64,000 bases of DNA from Laetmonice hystrix (lineage: Eukaryota). Of the stretch, positions 43,984 through 55,620 are shown piece after piece (position 1 is the stretch's first letter; each line of letters starts with the position of its first letter). Below the pieces are notes generated by a model. It was not told where the DNA came from and did not search any database. It saw only the letters and a program-made list of their open reading frames with translations. Where the stretch lies: NCBI GenBank assembly GCA_965235115.1, contig OZ249445.1:744001-808000 (forward strand), read 5' to 3'. The position numbers and the translations under genes were made by a program.

Positions 43984-46900
43984 GGTGCTGACGACGATGA
44001 TGAGAATGATGAAGAAGACCGCGGGTATTTCAAGGTAATTCCTACTTTTAGAAATGTTCTTATACCTAAAATAATGGATTTTAGGCTTTGCAAACAATCT
44101 GAATGCAGATTGAATTACACATTGTCAGTTGTCAAAGGCATCTTTGAACTGTAGGGCCTATGATAAAAGGTTTTTGGAGATATCCAGAACAATGTATCAA
44201 CATAATAATCATTGGTTTGTTTGTGTATGTTTCAGATGGGGGAGAGGGATGGTGTTATATTCCTGATAGATGTTACAAAACCTATGTTTGAGAAAGGAGA
44301 TGGTGATTCAAATGCCTTTGAACTGTGCATAAAGGTATGTATGGAAATAGTACCCCTTCTTGAAGGACTTTTTAAAATTATGTAATTATAAAATGGCATA
44401 AAATTTATAATCTAAGTAATGTCATAAAATGGTTATTCCCCCATGGTAACTTCCCCACAAAATTTTGGGGGTCATGCAGGTCAGGGATAGGGAAATGTTT
44501 TGTGGCAGTGTAGGAGCTGGGGTTAGGGGTTAGGAATAAGGTCAGGGCTATGAATCTTTACTTCCGACCAAGTTTTGTGGGGTTTAAGTTACCATGAGAC
44601 AGGAGTTTTAAAGGCAGGGCATATTAAGGATTGGGATATCTGAAGGATCATAGGATGTGGCTGTAATGTTGCTTATAATGCCAAAATAATTTTTATTTAT
44701 TACGATATTAAGATGATTTTTTGGTGACATATAATGACAAATGTTTCTATGCTTTCCCTTCTAATTATATTACTGAAAATTTTCATTCCAGTGTGCAAAA
44801 AATGTCATCCAGAATAAAATCATCAGCAGTGATAAAGATTTACTTGGCATTGTTTTTTTTGGAAGTGTAAGTCCTTTACATTTGGTCTTTCTTGTCGTTT
44901 ACATATTTAAAAAATAAAAAATCAAATTTATTAAAATCAAATGTAAACCAGTGAAAGTGGGAAGGTGTGGAATCTTTAGGTAGTTTGTAATATGCAATGG
45001 GCATGGCTTAATGTTTTAGTAAAATAACAAATTTGTGTTGTAAAATTCATCAAGGATTACCTCCCTGCCATATTATAGGTGAAAGAAAACAATCCCAGTG
45101 ATTTCAAGCATGTCTACATTTTACACGTGAGTTGTTTGCAAGGCTGATCGTGCTCATTGTAAAGTTACTGAAGTGAATGTAAATGGCATAAGAAGAACTC
45201 TGTGTAAAACATGTCGCACATACTCATAAATGTTGATATTGATGGCATCTTAAGACCTGAGGAAGAAACTAGATGTTAAAAATGTTCTGATATTACTTTT
45301 CCTATTGCTGGCTGAATGATACAGGATTTAGTTCAGCCAGGGGCTCAGCAGGTTCTGCAGTTAGAAGACCTTCTCAATGGTAAGTTGCAGTCAGAAGGAC
45401 GGAGGTGACAGCTCTCTGGTTGTCTGTTCCTAAATCATACCTAAAACATGTTAGCTGCCACCTACAACTCGCCTTTACAAGTCTTTGTTCATGAGACAGA
45501 GTGTATTTGACATGTATAAAGGATCGTAGGAAATACATATTATTGCTATCAACCACAGTGTTGAGGAGCTAGAGGTGATTCTATTTTCCATTAGGCATTC
45601 TTCATAAGGGAAAAGCCATAGCTTTGAGGCTTCATACTTATATTATAATTAGGTGTTCTTGTAGTTAATTGATATAATTCATTTCCCATTATTTGCAGAA
45701 GAGGACAATGATAATTTTGATGAGCAGTTTGGTCACAGCAATGACTACTCCCTGAGTGATGCTCTCTGGGCCTGTTCCAATATGTTTTCTAACTGGTAAG
45801 TGTCGGCGTCGATTCTGTCACCATCAGACATTGTTTTCTAACTGGTGAGTGTCGGCGCGTCGAGTCTTTCACCATCAGACGTTGTTTTCTAACTGGTGAG
45901 TGGTGGCGTGTCAATTCTTTCACCATCAGACATTGTTTTCTAACTGGTGAGTGGTGGCGCGTTGATTCTTTCACCATCAGACATTGTTTTCTAACTGGTG
46001 AGTGTCGGAGCATCAATTCTTTCACCATCAGACATTGTTTTCTAACTGGTGAGTGTCGGCGCGTTGATTCTTTCACCATCAGACATTGTTTTCTAACTGG
46101 TGAGTGTCGGCGTGTCAATTCTTTCACCATCACACGTTGTTTTCTAACTGGTGAGTGTCGGCGCGTCGATTCTTTCACCATCAGACGTTGTTTTCTAACT
46201 GGTGAGTGTCGGCGCGTCAATTCTTTCACCATCACACGTTGTTTTCTAACTGGTGAGTGGTGGCGCGTCGATTCTTTCACCATCAGACGTTGTTTTCTAA
46301 CTGGTGAGTGGTGGCGCGTCGATTCTTTCACCATCAGACATTGTTTTCTAACTGGTGAGTGTCTGCGTCGATTCTTTCACCATCAGACGTTGTTTTCTAA
46401 CTGGTGAGTGTCGGCGCGTCAATTCTTTCACCATCAGACATTGTTTTCTAACTGGTGAGTGTCGGCGCGTCGATTCTTTCACCATCAGACATTGTCAAAC
46501 CATGCTTCTTTAATTTTTCTGTTTCACAATCCAAACATTCTTTCTGGTAACTGGTTCTATCTTTGTCTTGAAAATGATCAAGTAATCTATATGTGGTGAC
46601 TGTCTGAGCACATGTTCTGTTGTAGTTCCCAGAAGTTGGGCTTCAAGCGTGTCATGCTGTTTACTTGCAATGACAATCCTCACGGGAAGAATGCTCAGCT
46701 CAAGGTGGGAAGATTATTATTCTGGACACTTAATGTAACACCAGTAGACACCTTTAGTCTGCGATTACTAGGACACTTAATGTAACACCAGTAGACACCT
46801 TTAGTCTGCGATTACTAGGACACTTAATGTAACACCAGTAGACACCTTTAGTCTGCGATTACTAGGACACTCAATGTAACACCAGTAGACACCTTTAGTC

Positions 46901-49900
46901 TGCGATTACTAGGACACTCAATGTAACACCAGTAGACACCTTTAGTCTGCGATTACTAGGACACTCAATGTAACACCAGTAGACACCTTTAGTCTGTGAT
47001 TACTAGGACACTCAATGTAACACCAGTAGACACCTTTAGTCTGCGATTACTAGGACACTCAATGTAACACCAGTAGACACCTTTAGTCTGCGATTACTAG
47101 GACACTCAATGTAACACCAGTAGACACCTTTAGTCTGCGATTACTAGGACACTTAATGTAACACCAGTAGACACCTTTAGTCTGCGATTACTACTTGTAC
47201 AAGTCTGAGGCTGTCAGTACAGTAGAGCAGGAGACACTTAATTTTTCAATTGGCCACCAGGGGGCTCTTCCCACTAGATTTAGTCCTACGGTCATTGCCT
47301 GTGATAACTTAAAACCCACGAAATTGGGTCGTAAAGATTCATAGCCTGACCTTATCCCTAACCCTGGTCCCTACACCTCCCCGAAACATATCCCTGGACT
47401 CCACTGTAACTGGTAAGAAATATTTAACCTGTGTTTGATGGTATTTCAGAGGCAGGCTGCTGCCAAGGCTGAAGATCTCCATCAGAACGGTATAGCCGTT
47501 GAGTTGATGCATATTAATCCACTGGACGGTGTCTTTAATGTCGCTGCCTTCTATAAGGACATTCTGTACCCAGACGAGGACGAAACTTCTATCATGGCAG
47601 ATGCTGCTGAGAAATTTGATGACCTTCTTACCAAAGTCCGATCTAAAGACCACAAAAAGCGTGCAATGTGTCGCCTTCCAGTTTCCATGGGTCCTAAGTT
47701 GAAGTTCGCAATAGGAGTGTAAGTGTCAAACTGAGTGTATTTGGTGAATCCAGCTCGTTGGTACTTTACCTCAATGGTCTAGCTCACTCTAGAGTTTGGC
47801 CTTGATGAGGATCCAGGAAGGGATGCTAGGGAATTCTATAAAAGTCTGAATTTTGGTCACTAGTTTATGAATTCCAAGTTTTTTCTGCTGTGTTGTATCA
47901 TTTGTACATCAGTCATACTCAGTGACCTGGAAAGTCACGAAGTGAAATTACCTCAACTCTTTGCCATTTTGATCATGATGGTGACATGGCAGTTTTGGTT
48001 ACGTTATGCCAAACGGTTTCCTTCTCGTAGTGTAAATACATGAGAGACAACTGCAAACATTTATTTAATGGCCTGTTAGAGTTCAGATTACAATCAGATT
48101 CTCTTCTTGCCGAGGTATAAGTTCTATAACAGAAGAACTTGTAAACGATTGCAGGTATTCTCTGGTACAAACGTGTAGGATACCACCGAGGGTGAGGCTG
48201 TACAAGAAAACTAATGAAGAGGTCAAGACGGTCACCAAAACTTTTCTCCAGGTTAGATCTCAGCTCAGGTCTCTCAATCAGAATACAGTAGGTGCAAAGT
48301 TATAATACCAGTACTTTATAATGTTAGAATTATGTATTTTTTGTTTTCTAGGAGACTGGGGAAGTCTTGATGCCACAAGACATGAAGAAATCACAGACCT
48401 ATGGAGGACAAAAGATCTCGTTTGAGAATGAAGAAGTTGCTGAAATGAAAAAGTTTGATGAATCTGGGCTGGTGTTAATGGGCTTCAAACCAGTCAGTTC
48501 TTTGAAACGCTACTTCCACGTCAGATCGTCAAAGTTTATCTACCCAGATGAAACGGTTTGTCCATTTCTGAGATTGATGTAAATCCGAGGAGACTTTTTT
48601 TTTTGGGGGGGGGGGGGGGGAGGTGGGGTTGCTGGCAGTGAGGATCACCCTCCAGTCCAATAGTTTGTTGTGAACGATTTCATGGTGTCAGCCAAGAATA
48701 CTAATGTGGATTTTGTTGTTCCTATGTCAGACCATAGAGGGCAGCACTTCTGTCTTCACAGCCCTCCTGAAGAAGTGTTTGGAGCGTAGTGTGGCAGCCA
48801 TCTGTCGCTACATCCCCAGGAAAAACACTCCACCACGATTTGTTGCCCTCTATCCACAGGTTGGTTATGACATGAGAGAGATGGAGACAGATGAATGTTT
48901 TTAATTGATAATATTGGATGTCAGATTGATAAGCAATCTAATAGTGAGCAGTATTACAGTTACAAGGACTTGCAAGTTATCATGTGGCTATTTGTTTGTA
49001 ATGATCGATGTTAAAACTGTTAGTTTTGTTCACGCAGCAAGAAGACCTTGATGATCATAATGTACAAGTAGTACCCCCTGGGTTTCATCTTATGACTCTG
49101 CCATTCGCTGACGACTTCCGCAAGATTAAACTTGATGAGGATGTACCTCGGGGTAAGTTAGTCTTTAAGTTTGATTGGTCAATTCAACAGTCGTACACTC
49201 TGCTCTTTGCCCCCTGAACGTCCTGCAACTTGACTTGAACACATGAATAGACAGTGACTATCCAATTTCAGCCAATGCTGACCAAATAGATAAGGCCAAG
49301 GAATTGATCAAGAAACTGCAGTTTACCTTTAAGTCGGAGAGTTTTGAGAATCCTGTGCTACAGAAGCACTATGCCAATGTGGAGGCGATGGCCTTGGATC
49401 GGGATGAACCCGAAGATGTCATTGACTACACATGTAAGTATCCAAGCGCTGCTTTAACTTTCCTACTTCAGTTTGCCATAATGAGTAACACTATTAATGT
49501 CAGGAACGGTGCAAGATGAAAAGTAAAAGTCTGCCTGAAAGAAATGTAAGAAATTTAATATTTGAAACATTGTGAAGCCGGACACCTCTTGTTATTGTTA
49601 CGGGTTAACAGAGTGTGAATGTTTGTATGCTGTCTCACTCAGTGCCAAACCAAGCCATGATGGACAAACGTGCAGGCCGTCTGCTTGAGGAGTTCAAAGA
49701 CCTTGTCTTCCCAGCTGACTATGTACCTGGAGCCAAGCGAAAAGTGAGGCATAGATGTCATAGCAAAGATTTACCTCAAATAGTACCACTTGATAAGCTT
49801 TTTATGAAGATTAAGGAGAATTGTGTACCCATTTAGTTTTAAGTATATTATGGGAATTAGCACAGGATAAAAATTTCTGCTGTTCAGGAGATTGTTCTTA

Positions 49901-52394
49901 TAATTAAGGCAGGTAAAAACTCTATTGAGAAGATATAATTAAATGAGAAGGAAAAGGTACGGCAGGTATGATGATTGTCAGGATTTTAGAAGCAAATTTT
50001 TTTTGTTTTTTTTGAAGTAATAGTCCTTGTTTTTGTTTTTCCAACAGGGTGGTGCCACAGGCCGGGCAGCTCCAAAGAAACCAAAGATTGAAGTTGAAGT
50101 TGACATCGAGACGGAAGCACGAGCCAATCGGGTAACCTTTAAATGTGTACTGATTTATAGAAAGTTCTACGTAAACTGATGTCTGTGTTTAGTCCACTGT
50201 ATTAGTGGATTGTTACAGTGTTGTATCTCTGTCCCCACCACAATCGATTGATTGTTACAGTGTTGTATCTCTGTCCCCACCACAGTCGATTGATTGTTAC
50301 AGTGTTGTTTCTCTGTCCCCACGAGTCGATTGATTGTTACAGTGTTGTTTCTCTGTCCCCACCACAGTCGATTGATTGTTACAGTGTTGTTTCTCTGTCC
50401 CCACCACAGTCGATTGATTGTTACAGTGTTGTTTCTCTGTCCCCACCACAGTCGATTGATTGTTACAGTGTTGTTTCTCTGTCCCCACCACAGTCGATTG
50501 ATTGTTACAGTGTTGTTTCTCTGTCCCCACCACAGTCGATTGATTGTTACAGTGTTGTTTCTCTGTCCCCACCACAGTCGATTGATTGTTACAGTGTTGT
50601 TTCTCTGTCCCCACCACAGTCGATTGATTGTTACAGTGTTGTTTCTCTGTCCCCACCACAGTCTATTGATTGTTACAGTGTTGTTTCTCTGTCCCCACCA
50701 GTCGATTGATTGTTACAGTGTTGTTTCTCTGTCCCCACGAGTCGATTGATTGTTACAGTGTTGTTTCTCTGTCCCCACCACAGTCGATTGATTGTTACAG
50801 TGTTGTTTCTCTGTCCCCACCACAGTCGATTGATTGTTACAGTGTTGTTTCTCTGTCCCCACCACAGTCGATTGATTGTTACAGTGTTGTTTCTCTGTCC
50901 CCACCACAGTCTATTGATTGTTACAGTGTTGTTTCTCTGTCCCCACCACAGTCGATTGATTGTTACAGTGTTGTTTCTCTGTCCCCACCACAGTCGATTG
51001 ATTGTTACAGTGTTGTTTCTCTGTCCCCACCACAGTCGATTGATTGTTACAGTGTTGTTTCTCTGTCCCCACCACAGTCGATTGATTGTTACAGTGTTGT
51101 TTCTCTGTCCCCACCACAGTCGATTGATTGTTACAGTGTTGTTTCTCTGTCCCCACGAGTCGATTGATTGTTACAGTGTTGTTTCTCTGTCCCCACGAGT
51201 CGATTGATTGTTACAGTGTTGTTTCTCTGTCCCCACGAGTCGATTGATTGTTACAGTGTTGTTTCTCTGTCCCCACCACAGTCGATTGATTGTTACAGTG
51301 TTGTTTCTCTGTCCCCACCACAGTCGATTGATTGTTACAGTGTTGTTTCTCTGTCCCCACCACAGTCGATTGATTGTTACAGTGTTGTTTCTCTGTCCCC
51401 ACCACAGTCGATTGATTGTTATAGTGTTGTTTCTCTGTCCCCACCACAGTCTATTGATTGTTACAGTGTTGTTTCTCTGTCCCCACCACAGTCGATTGAT
51501 TGTTACAGTGTTGTTTCTCTGTCCCCACGAGTCGATTGATTGTTACAGTGTTGTTTCTCTGTCCCCACCACAGTCGATTGATTGTTACAGTGTTGTTTCT
51601 CTGTCCCCACGAGTCGATTGATTGTTACAGTGTTGTTTCTCTGTCCCCACCACAGTCGATTGATTGTTACAGTGTTGTTTCTCTGTCCCCACCACAGTCG
51701 ATTGATTGTTACAGTGTTGTTTCTCTGTCCCCACCACAGTCGATTGATTGTTATAGTGTTGTTTCTCTGTCCCCACCACAGTCTATTGATTGTTACAGTG
51801 TTGTTTCTCTGTCCCCACCACAGTCGATTGATTGTTACAGTGTTGTTTCTCTGTCCCCACCACAGTCGATTGATTGTTACAGTGTTGTTTCTCTGTCCCC
51901 ACCACAGTCGATTGATTGTTACAGTGTTGTTTCTCTGTCCCCACGAGTCGATTGATTGTTACAGTGTTGTTTCTCTGCCCCCACCACAATCGACTGATTG
52001 TTACAGTGTTGTTTCTCTGTCCCCACCACAGTTGATTGATTGTTACAGTGTTGTTTCTCTGTCCCCACCACAGTTGATTGATTGTTACAGTGTTGTTTCT
52101 CTGTCCCCACCACAGTTGATTGATTGTTACAGTGTTGTTTCTCTGTCCCCACCACAGTCGATTGATTGTTACAGTGTTGTTTCTCTGTCCCCACCACAGT
52201 CGATTGATTGTTACAGTGTTGTTTCTCTGCCCCCACCACAGTCGATTGATTGTTACAGTGTTGTTTCTCTTCCCCAGCTGGGTAAGCTCACAGTGGCAGT
52301 GTTGAAGGATTACATAAAGAAGATGAAGATTCAAACCTCTGGCCAGCGCAAGGCAGATCTCATTGATGCCATCAGTGACTACTTCGGACTGTGA
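43954..52394 (+). CDS. XRCC6: Ku70 (vWA, beta-barrel, SAP), ~603 aa, 16 coding exons
   Basis: join(43954-44034,44236-44334,44792-44866,45079-45126,45325-45379,45699-45795,46626-46704,47450-47718,48155-48251,48352-48555,48731-48859,49038-49152,49272-49433,49643-49743,50048-50131,52278-52394), 1812 nt. Motifs [51 protein letters not shown]; SAP domain [21 protein letters not shown]. An alternative in-frame ATG lies at 43888. Confidence 0.96.
44442..44596 (+). mobile_element. Short MITE with imperfect TIRs and an internal GGGGTTAGG motif
   Basis: CATGGTAACTTCCCCACAAAATTTTGG ... CCAAGTTTTGTGGGGTTTAAGTTACCATG; a related copy lies inverted at 47300-47400. Confidence 0.6.
45784..46495. repeat. 51-bp tandem repeat (~14 copies) containing an XRCC6 exon end and donor
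   Basis: Unit TTGTTTTCTAACTG|GTGAGTGTCGGCGCGTCGATTCTTTCACCATCAGACA; the real donor (GTAAGT, 45796) is the first copy. Confidence 0.95.
46724..47193. repeat. 47-bp tandem repeat x10, XRCC6 intron
   Basis: Unit GGACACTYAATGTAACACCAGTAGACACCTTTAGTCTGCGATTACTA, starting ~20 bp after the donor. Confidence 0.95.
47300..47400 (-). mobile_element. Partial copy of the 44442-44596 MITE family, inverted
   Basis: Reverse complement reads TAGGGATAAGGTCAGGCTATGAATC...GTGGGTTTTAAGTTATCAC, matching the 3' half of the 44442-44596 element. Confidence 0.55.
50208..52277. repeat. 42-bp (and 40-bp variant) minisatellite, ~49 copies, derived from the last XRCC6 acceptor region
   Basis: Unit TTGATTGTTACAGTGTTGTTTCTCTGTCCCCACCACAGTCGA; merges into the real acceptor TTTCTCTTCCCCAG|CTG at 52277. 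Accounts for all ORFs in 50218-52463. Confidence 0.96.
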
Positions 52395-52989
52395 TGAATC
52401 TTTTCCCATTCTGACAACAGGCTCATCACGCAATTCATAGGGCAGCACCTTCAACATGTACATGTAAAATTTGCATCGGCTGAGCTGATACCTGACTTAA
52501 AAGAAAAAATTAAATAAAAGGTTCTGACTATAGTTTATTAGTGGTTGAGAAAAATCGCTAAAATTTCATGTTTTATTTTATTATTTTAGTGTTATATGTG
52601 ATGTCAATATATTGAGATCTCGCTTTTTGTCTTAGATAACTGTCATATAAAAAGGAAAGAAATGAGTTCCGTCGTATCTCCTTCAGGGGAGCAGTGAAAA
52701 TCTTTCTACTGAAAATTTCTAAGCAGAAATATTTTCTCGTAGTTTCTAGAGTCAAAATAGGAGTAGAGAAAGCAACATAACATTTTGGAAATACATATAT
52801 TAAAATTGATTAATATGTCTGAGTTGTTATATTACATGACAATTATGGCATAATTGTGTTTTCTCTAATATGTATGTTCATATACATAAAAAGAACATTA
52901 CATGGCTTTGATGTGTTCTGTTATTGTTATGAAAGCCATAGGCCTAATATAAGGACTTCAGGCCAATGACATGACTCCTGTCCTGGCCC

Positions 52990-53150
52990 GGCCGCGCTCG
53001 CCTGCCCTGGTAGAAATGCTGGTTACAGACTCCTGTCCTGGCCCTGCCCAGGTAGAAATGTTGGTTACAGACTTCTGCCCTGGCCCTGCCCTGGTAGAAA
53101 TGCTGGTTACAGACTCCTGTCCTGGCCCTGCCCTGGTAGAAATGCTGGTT
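52990..53150. repeat. 42-bp tandem repeat x~4
   Basis: Unit CTGCCCTGGTAGAAATGCTGGTTACAGACTCCTGTCCTGGCC. Confidence 0.9.
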
Positions 53151-54864
53151 ATATAAATATACTGTACGTAATTAAATTTGGCAAAAGTTCTTAGGTCCCA
53201 CCTTACTCTATCAACTCTTACTCTAATTAAAACTACAGCTTCAACTAGAGAATTTATGGCAGGATGAATTTTATGGGAGAATTTATTTCTTTATAATTTC
53301 ATATCTAACACGGCCCCAACCGAAGATTTGGATCGGCCAAGCCGATACTGGTGGCGCCGTCTGACGACAGCCAGTCCGATTAGGCCGATGTCTCCGATTA
53401 ACTATTATTTTAATATTTTACTAAACCGCAATGGGTCTAAACAGGGGAGGACTTATGAGCGAATTTCTGGGCCCTACAGGGCTAGCCAACACCAGTAAAA
53501 TGGGTTATCCTCGCTATGGCCACACACACGTTTGAAGTTTTAGGTGATGAGCAGATGTCCAAATACGGAAGACGGTGTAGTTTTGTAAATGAATCGATAG
53601 GTGGCGCCAGCGTTCAGTCTGGATGTGCACGTCTCCGTGCCTCCGCTGGAGTGACTGGTGCTGACTGCCGTTAACATCCTCGTGGATCCGAGGCTGGGTG
53701 CGGAAACAGAGATCGGGGACCGAGCAAATGAGTTCACGTCAAAATGTCGAGGCCAGAGGAAAATGTAATAATACTGGAATCCGATGGTAGGTAGCATGTT
53801 TTGTTGACTACATGTCGAGAAGGAAGGTTCGTTAACAGGTTTTTGATGTAAGCAGGCGAGTGGACTGTGCTAGCTCGGGAAACAACCACCCCGACACTCC
53901 CCCGCAACAGACAGTCGTAGACCTCTGCTGTATCGAGGTCGATGACGATGTCGGGTAGCCGTGTGGGGCAGGTGGACGGTGGGTGGGTTTGGGACAGGTC
54001 GGAACTCGGAGCGCAGGGTGGGACGTCGGTCCAGACACAATCCCAGGGAGGGGCCCAGGGTGGACCGAGGAGAGGATCTCATAGATGATTGACTGTGGCA
54101 GTGGGCATGCCATGGTGGCAAGTGTACATGTTACTGTTACTTAGTGTACATGATACTGACTGTTAATGTGTTACGTGCTATACAATGTAACATGCCAACA
54201 CTGGCTTCCTGCAAATTACACACTAGACAGAAATCTAGTACATGGCTCGAATTAACCGGGTTCGCATCGCAGTTTGCATGCCACAATTAAGAGATAATTT
54301 GCAAAATATTGCCTATTACTATTATATTATTAGTAGGCCTACTGCTAATTTACAAACCGGATAACTCAGTAGTTTATTGCAAATCAAAATTTTTAAAGTA
54401 TTTCGAGCCCTGTAGTACTAGGACTATGTCAAGTATGAATCTATTGATTGTTGTTATAAATAAGTAAAATGTTTAGGAAGTACATTGTTTTTTGTATATA
54501 TTTAGCCTTTTCCGGCTAAATAAGATCTTAGTTTGACTAATTACCAAATCCAAACAAATTGCTTGGGTGGTTAGGGTCAGCATGGCCAGGCCTAGGGCAA
54601 GTTGTATTTTTGTAAGAGGATATATAGTCGGTCATTTTGCCATGGATCGAAGCTTAATGGTCACATGACCATGCCAAATGTCTGCTATACCCTGCCAAAG
54701 GTTTATTTCTATGCGAGGTTGTCTGCCGGACAAGAATCTGAATTACACTCATTAAACAAAATTTGGGGTTTTACGTACATTGGATTGTCCGGGACAGCTT
54801 TTTTAGGCAGGGCTATGATTTTTAATCAGTAACCGATCAGTAATACAACAGGTCTGTAACTGAA

Positions 54865-55620
54865 CCCGGCACCCAATCAAAGGCAAGAATTGTGCAACCC
54901 TCCCTCCCCCCCCCCCGGCACCCAATCAAAGACAAGGATTGTGCAACCCTCCCCCCGGCACCCAATCAAAGGCAAGGATTGTGCAACCCTCCCTCCCCCC
55001 GGCACCCAATCAAAGACAAGGATTGTGCAACCCTCCCCCCGGCACCCAATCAAAGGCAAGGATTGTGCAACCCTCCCTCCCCCCGGCACCCAATCAAAGG
55101 CAAGGATTGTGCAACCCTCCCTCCCCCCGGCACCCAATCAAAGGCAAGGATTGCGCAACCCTCCCTCCCCCCGGCACCCAATCAAAGGCAAGGATTGCGC
55201 AACCCTCCCTCCCCCCGGCACCCAATCAAAGGCAAGGATTGCGCAACCCTCCCTCCCCCCGGCACCCAATCAAAGGCAAGGATTGTGCAACCCTCCCTCC
55301 CCCCGGCACCCAATCAAAGGCAAGGATTGCGCAACCCTCCCTCCCCCCGGCACCCAATCAAAGGCAAGGATTGCGCAACCCTCCCTCCCCCCGGCACCCA
55401 ATCAAAGGCAAGGATTGTGCAACCCTCCCTCCCCCCGGCACCCAATCAAAGGCAAGGATTGTGCAACTCCCCCCCCCCCCCCAAAAAAAAACCCACACAC
55501 CCCGTAATCAAAGCCGAGGGTTGTGCAACACATGCACTCCCCCCCCCCCCCCCCCACACACACACACCCTGTAATCAAAGCCAAGGGTTGTGCAATAGTA
55601 CGTGCACTCCCCCCCCCCCC
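54865..55620. repeat. 44-bp C-rich minisatellite (~13 copies plus degenerate tail)
   Basis: Unit GGCACCCAATCAAAGGCAAGGATTGYGCAACCCTCCCTCCCCCC; source of the proline-rich ORFs. Confidence 0.95.

Noticed and set aside
50218-52240. Long ORFs in the repeat regions (also 45789-46334, 54890-55692, 21991-22436, 63022-63899)
   Set aside because: They are translations of tandem-repeat units, open in several frames, and mostly lie in introns of identified genes.
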